Shown: piece after piece, positions 24,297 to 32,000 of the stretch | Numbering within the stretch: the stretch's first letter is position 1 | Layout: each line of letters begins with the position of its first letter | NCBI RefSeq assembly: GCF_021054785.1 | Contig: NZ_CP088239.1 | Location: 420,001-452,000 of the forward strand | Origin: Tannockella kyphosi | GTDB lineage: Bacteria > Bacillota_I > Bacilli_A > Erysipelotrichales > Coprobacillaceae | Length of the DNA stretch: 32,000 bases | Direction of reading: 5' to 3' | Translations under genes and position numbers: made by a program | The notes under the pieces: generated by a model | Told to the model about the DNA's origin: nothing | Databases searched by the model: none | Seen by the model: the letters and a program-made list of their open reading frames with translations, nothing else

Positions 24297-25318
24297 TTTT
24301 AGCAATTGAATCAAGCTGTGACGAAATGGCGATGGCAGTATTGAAAGATGAACGTACTTTTTTATCATCTGTTATTGCTTCTCAAATAGATGTCCATGCA
24401 ATGTATGGGGGAGTAGTCCCGGAAATTGCTAGTCGAAAACATGTAGAATGTGTATCGATTGTATTAAAAGAAGTGTTAGAAAAAGCAAATATTGCAATCG
24501 AAGATATTGATGCAGTAGCTGTTACCAAAGGACCAGGATTAGTTGGATCTTTGCATATTGGGTTACAGGTAGCAAAAACAATTTCTTTAGCTTTTGATAA
24601 ACCATTGATAGGAGTTCATCATATAGCAGGTCATATTTATGCTAATAATTTTGAAAAAGAAATGATTTATCCACATATGTCATTAGTGGTAAGTGGAGGA
24701 CATAGTGAATTGGTTTTAATTAAGGCACCTTTTCAATTTGAGATTGTTGGGATGACTTTAGATGATGCAGTAGGAGAAGCTTATGATAAAGTAGGACGTG
24801 TTTTACAACTACCTTATCCTGGTGGACCTGTTATTGATAAAATGGCAGCTAGTGCGATTCCTACTTATGATTTACCGAATCCATTGAATGATGGTTCTTA
24901 TAATTTTTCTTTTAGTGGATTAAAGTCAGCAGTTATTAATTTACATCATAATGCTACTCAAAGAGGGGAAGTTTTAAATAAGGAAGAATTAGCTGCTTCT
25001 TTTCAAAAGGTTGTTCTAACAACATTAATTAATAAGACAATGGCAGCTTGTCAAGAATTTGGGGTAAAAGAAATCTCGATTGCTGGCGGAGTAAGTGCAA
25101 ACCGTGGTCTTAGAAAAGCAATGCAAGAAGCAGTAGATCGAAGAGAAGGGTTGAGTTTATCACTACCACCAATGTCTTGTTGTACGGATAATGCAATGAT
25201 GATTGCATTAGCGGCCAAACAAATGTATGATAATAATGTGTTTAGTAGTATTGATTTATCGGTAAGACCAAATTTGAATTTAGAGGATGAAACGATAGGA
25301 GGTAATGATAATGGATAA
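24287..25318 (+). CDS. tsaD: tRNA N6-adenosine threonylcarbamoyltransferase TsaD
   Basis: ILAIESSCDE N-terminus, metal ligands HHIAGH, VSGGHSEL, GEAYDKVGR, GGVSAN. Confidence 0.95.
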   Translation: MSLILAIESSCDEMAMAVLKDERTFLSSVIASQIDVHAMYGGVVPEIASRKHVECVSIVLKEVLEKANIAIEDIDAVAVTKGPGLVGSLHIGLQVAKTISLAFDKPLIGVHHIAGHIYANNFEKEMIYPHMSLVVSGGHSELVLIKAPFQFEIVGMTLDDAVGEAYDKVGRVLQLPYPGGPVIDKMAASAIPTYDLPNPLNDGSYNFSFSGLKSAVINLHHNATQRGEVLNKEELAASFQKVVLTTLINKTMAACQEFGVKEISIAGGVSANRGLRKAMQEAVDRREGLSLSLPPMSCCTDNAMMIALAAKQMYDNNVFSSIDLSVRPNLNLEDETIGGNDNG

Positions 25319-25937
25319 AAAAATATCGAAAGCAACAATGTCACGTTTTCCAATTTATTTAAAAGCATTACGTAAAATGCAACATGAAGGGAAAGAAGTA
25401 TGTTTATCAAGTGAGTTATTTGATGCGACAGGTATTCAAGATACAACGGTTAGACGAGATTTTACCTATTTATCTAAAACAGATAATTTTGGTCAAAGAG
25501 GTAGAGGATATGATGTGAAACATTTAATTGATGGACTAAGTGAAGTACTTGGATTAGGGTTGGATGAAGAAATTATTTTAATTGGGATTGGAAATTTAGG
25601 TAGTGCAATCCTTAAATATAATCGTTGGCAATATACAGTAGGAAAAATTGTTTGTGGTTATGATAAAGATAAAAACAAAGAAGGGGAACGTTTTGGAGTT
25701 AAGTTATTTTCAATAGATGATTTAGAAGCAACTTTCCCATCTGATTGTAAGATTGCGATTTTAGCAATATCTGAAAATGTTCAAGAAACAGTAGATCGTT
25801 TAATGGATTTAGGTATTAAAGGGATTGTTGATTTTACTCATAGCCATTTTACAGTAAGACCTGGGGTTGATGTTCAGGCAGTAGATGTAGTAGTAGCAAT
25901 TCAAGAGTTAGTTATTAAAATGAATAGTGAACAATAA
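25311..25937 (+). CDS. rex: Redox-sensing transcriptional repressor Rex
   Basis: The block ISKATMSRFPIYLKALRKM is the Rex winged-helix signature. Rossmann GIGNLGSA. ATG 25311 chosen because it lies 8 nt after GGAGG; ATG 25305 is also possible. Overlaps the tsaD stop. Confidence 0.9.
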   Translation: MDKKISKATMSRFPIYLKALRKMQHEGKEVCLSSELFDATGIQDTTVRRDFTYLSKTDNFGQRGRGYDVKHLIDGLSEVLGLGLDEEIILIGIGNLGSAILKYNRWQYTVGKIVCGYDKDKNKEGERFGVKLFSIDDLEATFPSDCKIAILAISENVQETVDRLMDLGIKGIVDFTHSHFTVRPGVDVQAVDVVVAIQELVIKMNSEQ

Positions 25938-25940
25938 TTC

Positions 25941-25970
25941 TTGATTAATAGAAAATAAAAAGTATATAAT
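25941..25970 (+). promoter_or_regulatory. Promoter of asnS
   Basis: TTGATT (25941-25946), 18-nt spacer, TATAAT (25965-25970). Confidence 0.5.
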
Positions 25971-25993
25971 AAATAAAAATAGGAGGATGAATC

Positions 25994-27385
25994 ATGTTTG
26001 AGTTTAAAACAGTTAGAGAATTGTATGAAATGTTCTTATATGGTGAATTAATGGAGTTAGAAGGCTTAGAATATATTGAATTAGAAGGTTGGGTTCGTAC
26101 AAATAGAAATAGTGGTAAATTAGGTTTTATTGCATTGAATGATGGTACATATTTTAAAAACCTACAAATCATTTATTTAGAAGAAGGAATTAAGAACTTT
26201 GAAGAGGCAGGTAAGTTATCAACAGGTTCAGCAGTACGTGTTGTTGGTAAATTTAAACTAACACCAGATGGAAAACAACCATTTGAATTAGAAGCAACAG
26301 AATTAGAAGTATTAGGGAAATGTGATGATGACTATCCTTTACAAAAGAAACGTCATACAATGGAATATTTAAGAGATATCCCTCATTTACGTCCTCGTAC
26401 GAATACATTTATGGCAACATTTAGAGTACGTTCTCTATTAGCTATGGCGATTCATGAATTCTTCCAAAGCCAAGGTTTTGTTTATGTTCATGCTCCAATT
26501 ATTACAGGAAATGATGCAGAAGGAGCTGGAGAATGTTTTAAAGTTACCACAAGAGATGATGGAAACTATGAAGAAGATTTCTTTGGAAAACAAGCTAGTT
26601 TAACAGTATCAGGACAATTACATGTAGAATCTTTTGCAATGGCATTTCGAGATGTTTATACATTTGGTCCAACTTTCCGTGCAGAAAATTCAAATACAAG
26701 TACGCATGCAAGTGAATTCTGGATGATTGAACCAGAAATTGCTTTTGCGGATTTAGATGATGATATGGATTTAATTGAAGATTGTTTGAAATACTGTATC
26801 CAATATGTTTTGGATAATGCTCCTGCAGAAATGGAATTCTTAAACAATTTTGTTTGTCCTACAAAAGATTTATTAGAAAGACTTCAAACTGTTGTTGATT
26901 CTAAATTTACTCGTTTAGATTATTCAAAAGCAATTGATATATTGAAAGAATCAGGTAAGAAGTTTAAATTCCCAGTCGAATGGGGAGTGGATTTAGCAAC
27001 TGAACATGAACGTTATATTTGTGAAGAAGTAATTAATGGACCAGTTTTCTTAACAAACTATCCTAAAGATATTAAAGCTTTCTATATGCGTATGAATGAT
27101 GATAATAAAACAGTGGCTGCTTGTGACTTACTGGTACCAGGAATTGGCGAGTTAGTAGGTGGTAGTCAAAGAGAAGAACGTTATGATCTTTTAGAAAAAC
27201 GCATGGAAGAAATGAATGTAGAAAAAGAAACGTTAGAATGGTATTTAGATTTACGCCGTTATGGTGGTGTAAAACATGCTGGTTTCGGTATTGGATTCGA
27301 ACGTTTAGTGATGTATATGACAGGAACTGCGAATATTCGCGATGTGTTACCATATCCTAGAACACCTCGTAATCTTAAATTTTAA
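25994..27385 (+). CDS. asnS: Asparagine--tRNA ligase
   Basis: Class IIb aaRS. N-terminal OB fold, motif 2 [21 protein letters not shown], motif 3 [13 protein letters not shown] length of 463 aa is typical of AsnRS. AGGAGG RBS. Confidence 0.95.
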   Translation: MFEFKTVRELYEMFLYGELMELEGLEYIELEGWVRTNRNSGKLGFIALNDGTYFKNLQIIYLEEGIKNFEEAGKLSTGSAVRVVGKFKLTPDGKQPFELEATELEVLGKCDDDYPLQKKRHTMEYLRDIPHLRPRTNTFMATFRVRSLLAMAIHEFFQSQGFVYVHAPIITGNDAEGAGECFKVTTRDDGNYEEDFFGKQASLTVSGQLHVESFAMAFRDVYTFGPTFRAENSNTSTHASEFWMIEPEIAFADLDDDMDLIEDCLKYCIQYVLDNAPAEMEFLNNFVCPTKDLLERLQTVVDSKFTRLDYSKAIDILKESGKKFKFPVEWGVDLATEHERYICEEVINGPVFLTNYPKDIKAFYMRMNDDNKTVAACDLLVPGIGELVGGSQREERYDLLEKRMEEMNVEKETLEWYLDLRRYGGVKHAGFGIGFERLVMYMTGTANIRDVLPYPRTPRNLKF

Positions 27386-27389
27386 TACG

Positions 27390-27420
27390 ATATTCCTTTG
27401 GAAACAAAGGAATATTTTAT
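27390..27420 (+). terminator. Hairpin/terminator after asnS
   Basis: 11-bp stem ATATTCCTTTG / CAAAGGAATAT with a GAAA loop, then TTTTATT. It ends only 23 nt before the next ATG. Confidence 0.65.
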
Positions 27421-27438
27421 TAAGGAAGGAGAATTATA

Positions 27439-28902
27439 ATGCATCAAATTGATATAATAAATACTTATCTTCATTTATTACACCGTAGTGATCGTGTTTT
27501 CTTGTATCGTATGTTTGATAGCTACGAACATTTAACTACCATGCAAGCTTGGGTACAAGAAAATGATATTGACTTACCTTTTATTCATCGAATAGATAGT
27601 GATATGTTTGCAATTAGCCAAAAAGCTCGTAGTTTTTTAAAACTACAAGCAATGATGCATTATCCTTGTGTTCAAGAAGTAGAACGTTGGGTAGAATCAC
27701 AAAATGAATTGTATCATGTTGTCTTTTTACCTAGTGTGATGGAAGAACATTTATTAAATAAATGTTTCACATCGAAACAGTGGATTGATCAATATCAAAG
27801 AGATAATGTTCACAATTTATATATTAATGATTTAGAAGAATGGAAGATGTTATCTTTTAATGCACCGAGTAGTTCTTTTTTTGAAGCATTATATAAAATT
27901 GATAATTGGCCAGGGCTTTTAGTTACTAAAAAGGAAAAAAAAATATTTATACCTGTTAGCAATCAAGAGGATATTGATGATGTATTTTCTTTAATAGAAC
28001 AAGAAAAGATATTTGATAAAGAAAAGCCAGTGGAAGATGCAATGTATATTATGCATTTAAGTGATTTACATTTAGGTCCTAAAAGTAAGAAAAAAGGGTT
28101 GAGTGTATTATGCGATAGTATTGATTCTTTTTCTAAAAGAGTGAATTCTTCTGTTCCTTTACAATTTATTATTACAGGTGATTTAATGAATTCACCTAAT
28201 AAAAAAGCAATTGCTAGTGTTACTTATTTTTTACGTTGGTTAAAGAGAAAACACCATGGTTGTGTTACTTATGTTTTGGGTAATCATGATGTATTGTTTC
28301 ATGGTTTAAATATCATGAGCTCTCCTAAAACACGTATTATTGCTTCTTTGTTAGAAGATGAATTAGTAGTTAATGAACAACAAAAAGTAATTTATATAAA
28401 AATTAATTCAGTATTAGGCGGTAATCTTGCTAGAGGAAAAATTGGTAAAAAACAATTAATGGATATTGAAGAAGAATTAGATATGGTAGATAATTTGGAA
28501 GAATATACTTTAATAGCACTTGTACATCATCATGTATTGCCTATTGAAAAAGATGATTTTTTAAAGCGTAAATGGCATGAAAAGATATTTATTCATCGGA
28601 TTATTGAAAGTAGTAAAGTATTAAAAGATAGTGAGTATTTTATTGATTGGTTAAAGAGTAAGGGTATTTGTTATGTTTTTCATGGGCATAAGCATTTGCC
28701 ATATTTTAATCATAGTGATGATTTGTATGTTGTTGCAGGAGGATCTTCTTGTGGTGGAGGCGTTAATGAAAGGAAAAGTCGCTATTTGAGTTATAATGTA
28801 GTGAAGTTTGATCCGATTAGTAAACAAATGAAATATTGTTTTATTTGTTATGATGATATAACTAAATTAGAGAGACAAAGAGTGAAGGTACACTTGTTTT
28901 AG
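27439..28902 (+). CDS. Calcineurin-like metallophosphoesterase domain protein with an unassigned ~200-aa N-terminal region
   Basis: The C-terminal ~285 aa carry the complete MPE motif set in order: SDLHLG (DxH), ITGDL (GD), LGNHD (GNHD), LVHHH (H), FHGHKH (GHxH). I recognise nothing in aa 1-200. AAGGAAGGAG RBS. Confidence 0.8.
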   Translation: MHQIDIINTYLHLLHRSDRVFLYRMFDSYEHLTTMQAWVQENDIDLPFIHRIDSDMFAISQKARSFLKLQAMMHYPCVQEVERWVESQNELYHVVFLPSVMEEHLLNKCFTSKQWIDQYQRDNVHNLYINDLEEWKMLSFNAPSSSFFEALYKIDNWPGLLVTKKEKKIFIPVSNQEDIDDVFSLIEQEKIFDKEKPVEDAMYIMHLSDLHLGPKSKKKGLSVLCDSIDSFSKRVNSSVPLQFIITGDLMNSPNKKAIASVTYFLRWLKRKHHGCVTYVLGNHDVLFHGLNIMSSPKTRIIASLLEDELVVNEQQKVIYIKINSVLGGNLARGKIGKKQLMDIEEELDMVDNLEEYTLIALVHHHVLPIEKDDFLKRKWHEKIFIHRIIESSKVLKDSEYFIDWLKSKGICYVFHGHKHLPYFNHSDDLYVVAGGSSCGGGVNERKSRYLSYNVVKFDPISKQMKYCFICYDDITKLERQRVKVHLF

Positions 28903-28911
28903 GAGAGGGAT

Positions 28912-30300
28912 ATGAAATTAGTTGATAAAATGAAAGATGAAAGTCTAGGGATGGCTTTATTATATGGTTTTACAAAAGGTGCTAACAAAGTAGAGATGGA
29001 TGTCTATGATGTGGTTTTACCACTTGTGTATAATGATATGTTTCGTAAGGCTTTGATTAAAGAAGAATCTGTTCAAGAGGCTATTGCTTTTTGTGTTTCT
29101 AAGAAGTTGTTGTTCTTGAAAAACTTATTAAATGATATCGAAGAGACAAAAGAAATGACTGCAAGAGCATTAGCGATGGCTATGATTGGACAACTTTTAG
29201 AATATCCGATGGAAGATGGCGTTGTATATGGGAAATGTGTTGAGGGAGCAAAAGTTTTGGATTTTAATGAAATGGAAACTTTAGGAAGTTACTTTTCTGG
29301 AAAATCAAAAGAGGAAGTGTTGGCATGTTTTGAATCGCCGATACCAAAGATTGTTTTTTTAGATAGTGAGACATTAGGGAATGATGTGGATTTATCAGGA
29401 TTGTCAAAACTAGGAAATGTTGTTTTACAAACAAAAGATACAAGTATGGAACAAAGAAAAGAAGCAATGAAGGACGCTAATATCATTATTTCTAATAAAA
29501 TTGTTTTGGAACCAATGTTGCTAGCGAATGCTAAAAAGGTAGAACTAATTTGTGTTACTGCGACAGGTTATAATCATGTGGAAATGAGATATTGTAAAAA
29601 ACATGATATTACAGTTTGTAATGTAAAAGGTTATTCTACTAATAGTGTTGTTCAGCATACGTTTGCGCTACTTTTAAATTTATATAATAAGATTCCTTAT
29701 TACCATCAGTATATTGATAGTGGGAATTATAGTACTAGTTCTCTATTTAGTCATTTTGATTATGTTTTCCATGAATTGGATGGTAAAAAATGGGGTATTG
29801 TTGGAATGGGAGATATTGGCCAAAAGGTAGCAATGATTGCTACTGCTTTTGGGGCGGATGTTCAATATTATTCAACTAGCGGTAAAAACCAAGGACAATC
29901 TTATCCATGTGTTGACTTAGACATTTTGCTACAAACTAGTGACATTATTAGTATCCATGCACCTTTCAATGAAGCAACTGAGAATTTGTTTAATAAAGAA
30001 ACTATTTTTAAAATGAAAAAAGGTTCTTATTTAATTAATGTAGGTCGTGGAAAAATTGTGGATGAACAAGCAGTAGTGGATGCGTTGAATGAAAATATTC
30101 TTGCGGGAGTAGGTCTAGACGTATTTGAAAAGGAACCATTTTATGAGGAAAGTCCATTGTTAACTATAAAGGATCCAAACCGTCTTGTGATGACACCACA
30201 TATTGCATGGGCAGGAATTGAGACAAGAAATCGTGTAGTAGAAGAGGTTTGTTTGAATATTTCTAGTTATTTACTAGGAAATAAAAGAAATGCGTGTTAA
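28912..30300 (+). CDS. Fusion protein: unassigned ~145-aa helical N-terminal domain plus a complete NAD-dependent D-isomer-specific 2-hydroxyacid dehydrogenase (glycerate dehydrogenase-like)
   Basis: From K146 (KIVFLD...) the sequence is a full-length D-2-HADH. It has GIVGMGDIGQKVA (GxGxxG), VGRG (catalytic Arg), DVFEKEP (Glu) and PHIAWA (His). There is no stop or plausible internal start/RBS at the junction. GGAGAGGG RBS, 9 nt after the upstream stop. Confidence 0.8.
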   Translation: MKLVDKMKDESLGMALLYGFTKGANKVEMDVYDVVLPLVYNDMFRKALIKEESVQEAIAFCVSKKLLFLKNLLNDIEETKEMTARALAMAMIGQLLEYPMEDGVVYGKCVEGAKVLDFNEMETLGSYFSGKSKEEVLACFESPIPKIVFLDSETLGNDVDLSGLSKLGNVVLQTKDTSMEQRKEAMKDANIIISNKIVLEPMLLANAKKVELICVTATGYNHVEMRYCKKHDITVCNVKGYSTNSVVQHTFALLLNLYNKIPYYHQYIDSGNYSTSSLFSHFDYVFHELDGKKWGIVGMGDIGQKVAMIATAFGADVQYYSTSGKNQGQSYPCVDLDILLQTSDIISIHAPFNEATENLFNKETIFKMKKGSYLINVGRGKIVDEQAVVDALNENILAGVGLDVFEKEPFYEESPLLTIKDPNRLVMTPHIAWAGIETRNRVVEEVCLNISSYLLGNKRNAC

Positions 30301-30315
30301 TCATGCATTTTTTGT

Positions 30316-30344
30316 TTGTAATGTGATTTTAATTATGATATAGT
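30316..30344 (+). promoter_or_regulatory. Promoter of the DEAD-box helicase gene
   Basis: TTGTAA (30316-30321), 17-nt spacer, extended -10 TGATATAGT (30336-30344). Confidence 0.55.
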
Positions 30345-30370
30345 GTCTAGGTTACTTGAAAGGAGAAAAG

Positions 30371-31966
30371 ATGAGTATAAGCAAATTTGAAGAATTAGGT
30401 TTAAGTGTAGAAGTGTTAAAAGCAATCGAAGATATGGGGTTTGATACTCCTTCTAAAATCCAGGAACAAGCGATTCCTGTTGTATTAGAAGGGAAAGACG
30501 TTATTGGCCAGGCGCAAACTGGAACTGGTAAAACCCTAGCTTTTGGAGGGGGATTGTTGTCAAACGTATATCCAAGTAAAAATAGATTACCACAAGCGAT
30601 TATTTTATCGCCAACAAGAGAATTAGCGATGCAAATTCATGAAGAAATGCAACGTATTGGGAAATACAATGGAAGTCGTATGACTTGCGTATTTGGTGGA
30701 AGTGATATCGAAAGACAAATTAGAGATTTGAAAAAAGGTGTGGATATTGTAGTAGGTACACCTGGTCGTGTTATGGATTTAATGCGTCGTAAAGCTTTAA
30801 GATTATCAGATGTTCGTTATGTAGTTTTAGACGAAGCTGATGAAATGTTAAATATGGGGTTTGTAGAAGATATTGAAACTATTTTAGATGATGTTCCTGA
30901 AGAACGTCAAACTATTTTATTCTCTGCTACAATGCCACAAGCAATAAAGGTTATTGCTAGTCATTATATGAAAAAAGATCATGAACATATTGCTATTGCA
31001 GCAAAAACTAGAACTGCATCTACTGTAAAACAATCTTATTATGAAGTAAAACAAAAAGATCGTTTTGAAGCATTATGTCGTTTGATTGATGTAACACATG
31101 TAAGTGCGGGGATTATTTTCTGTCGTACAAAAAGAAGTGTAGATGAAGTTTGTGAAAACATGCAAAAAGCGGGATATAGTGTAGAAGCAATGCATGGAGA
31201 TTTAACACAAAATCATCGTATGAATACATTACGTAAATTTAAAAATGGAACTATTAAATTCTTAGTTGCTACTGATGTTGCAGCTAGAGGGATTGATGTT
31301 GAAAATGTAAGCCATGTTATAAATTATGAGTTACCTCAAGATATTGAGTCATACATTCACCGTATTGGTAGAACGGGTCGTGCTAATAAAGAAGGTTTAG
31401 CCTACAGTATTATCACACCAAGAGAAAAGAGTTTCTTAGGACAAATTCAAAGGGTAACAAATAGTAAAATTGAAAAACAAGAAATTCCAACATTTTCACA
31501 AATTGAACAAGCAAGAATGGATCATTTATTATCAGAAGTAGAAGATGCAATCTTTGCCGGGAAACATAAAAAGTTTAAAACAATGGTAAATGAAATTGAT
31601 CCAGCTATGGTTTTAGATTTTACAGCAGCACTATTACAAATGCATTATCAAGATAAACCAGGGTATGGATATACTCGTGAGTCACTTAGTAGTGCAGAAT
31701 CATCAAATGGTCGTAAAAAAGGTTCTAAATATGCTCGTATTTTTATTACAGCAGGAACAATGGATCGTGTAAAAGTCCCACAAATTATTAGCTTTTTCTG
31801 TGATAAAGCAGGGATTAGTAAAGATGATATTGGAGCAATTGATATTAAGAGAAAATTCTCTTTTGTTGATTTAAATCCAAAAGTAGTAGAACAAGTTATT
31901 GAAAATTGTAATCATAAGAAAATAAATAATCGTAAGATTGATATTGAAATTGCAAATAAGAAATAA
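30371..31966 (+). CDS. DEAD-box ATP-dependent RNA helicase with a C-terminal DbpA-type RNA-binding domain
   Basis: Start moved to ATG 30371, after AAAGGAG. Motifs in order: Q-motif F..LGL......GF..PS.IQ, AQTGTGKT, PTRELA, DEAD (LDEADEML), SAT, HRIGRTGR. The C-terminal ~75 aa (ARIFITAG...ISKDDIGAIDI...SFVDL) look like the DbpA/YxiN RRM-like domain. Confidence 0.9.
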   Translation: MSISKFEELGLSVEVLKAIEDMGFDTPSKIQEQAIPVVLEGKDVIGQAQTGTGKTLAFGGGLLSNVYPSKNRLPQAIILSPTRELAMQIHEEMQRIGKYNGSRMTCVFGGSDIERQIRDLKKGVDIVVGTPGRVMDLMRRKALRLSDVRYVVLDEADEMLNMGFVEDIETILDDVPEERQTILFSATMPQAIKVIASHYMKKDHEHIAIAAKTRTASTVKQSYYEVKQKDRFEALCRLIDVTHVSAGIIFCRTKRSVDEVCENMQKAGYSVEAMHGDLTQNHRMNTLRKFKNGTIKFLVATDVAARGIDVENVSHVINYELPQDIESYIHRIGRTGRANKEGLAYSIITPREKSFLGQIQRVTNSKIEKQEIPTFSQIEQARMDHLLSEVEDAIFAGKHKKFKTMVNEIDPAMVLDFTAALLQMHYQDKPGYGYTRESLSSAESSNGRKKGSKYARIFITAGTMDRVKVPQIISFFCDKAGISKDDIGAIDIKRKFSFVDLNPKVVEQVIENCNHKKINNRKIDIEIANKK

Positions 31967-32000
31967 TTCACATTAAAGGAAACTAATGGCACTATAAATA

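Noticed and set aside
25938-25993. T-box leader upstream of asnS.
   Set aside because: The intergenic region is only 56 nt and holds just a promoter and RBS. A T-box needs about 200 nt including the conserved T-box sequence, and none is present.
20758-29486. Other embedded ORFs: 20758-20949 -, 25051-25446 -, 25945-26172 -, 26656-26847 -, 27072-27353 -, 29264-29467 -, 29289-29486 -.
   Set aside because: All lie inside or antisense to ackA, tsaD/rex, asnS or the dehydrogenase fusion. None has a credible start context or recognisable motifs.

Overview
Low-GC (AT-rich) chromosomal segment from a Gram-positive anaerobe (Bacillota; the gene content fits Clostridia or Erysipelotrichia, genetic code 11). 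Most of it is core metabolism.

Left to right:
- 3' end of prephenate dehydrogenase.
- A complete rnfCDGEAB ferredoxin:NAD+ oxidoreductase operon.
- A convergent ApbE flavin transferase, then a NusG-domain-II protein and a Gx transporter.
- A MATE exporter.
- An XRE-cupin regulator plus potABCD polyamine uptake.
- An orphan LytTR response regulator.
- An 11-gene tRNA operon (Cys, Leu, Arg, Pro, Ala, Met, Ile2, Ser, fMet, Asp, Phe).
- glmS, with no ribozyme in its leader.
- A DUF368 membrane protein and a GDPD phosphodiesterase.
- A solitary MazF/PemK-like ORF.
- ackA.
- A TPP riboswitch followed by thiT.
- A DUF402-tsaE-tsaB-rimI-tsaD-rex operon.
- asnS.
- A two-gene cassette of unusual domain fusions.
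- A DEAD-box helicase with a DbpA-type C-terminus.

I found no transposase, integrase, CRISPR array or rRNA.

The best candidate for something undescribed is the tightly coupled pair at 27439-30300. The first gene is a motif-intact metallophosphoesterase carrying an unassignable N-terminal region of about 200 aa. The second is a complete D-2-hydroxyacid dehydrogenase fused in frame to an unassignable N-terminal region of about 145 aa. The pair sits between two housekeeping genes and has no room for its own promoter.

Secondary leads:
- The antitoxin-less, N-terminally extended MazF-like protein.
- A kinase-less LytTR regulator preceded by a perfect 17-bp direct repeat with a 20-bp period.
- A perfect Rex-type palindrome in front of rnfC.
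- A Cys4 tail on RnfE.
- The ApbE / NusG-II / Gx-transporter module.

All family assignments rest on motif recognition by eye. No searches were run.
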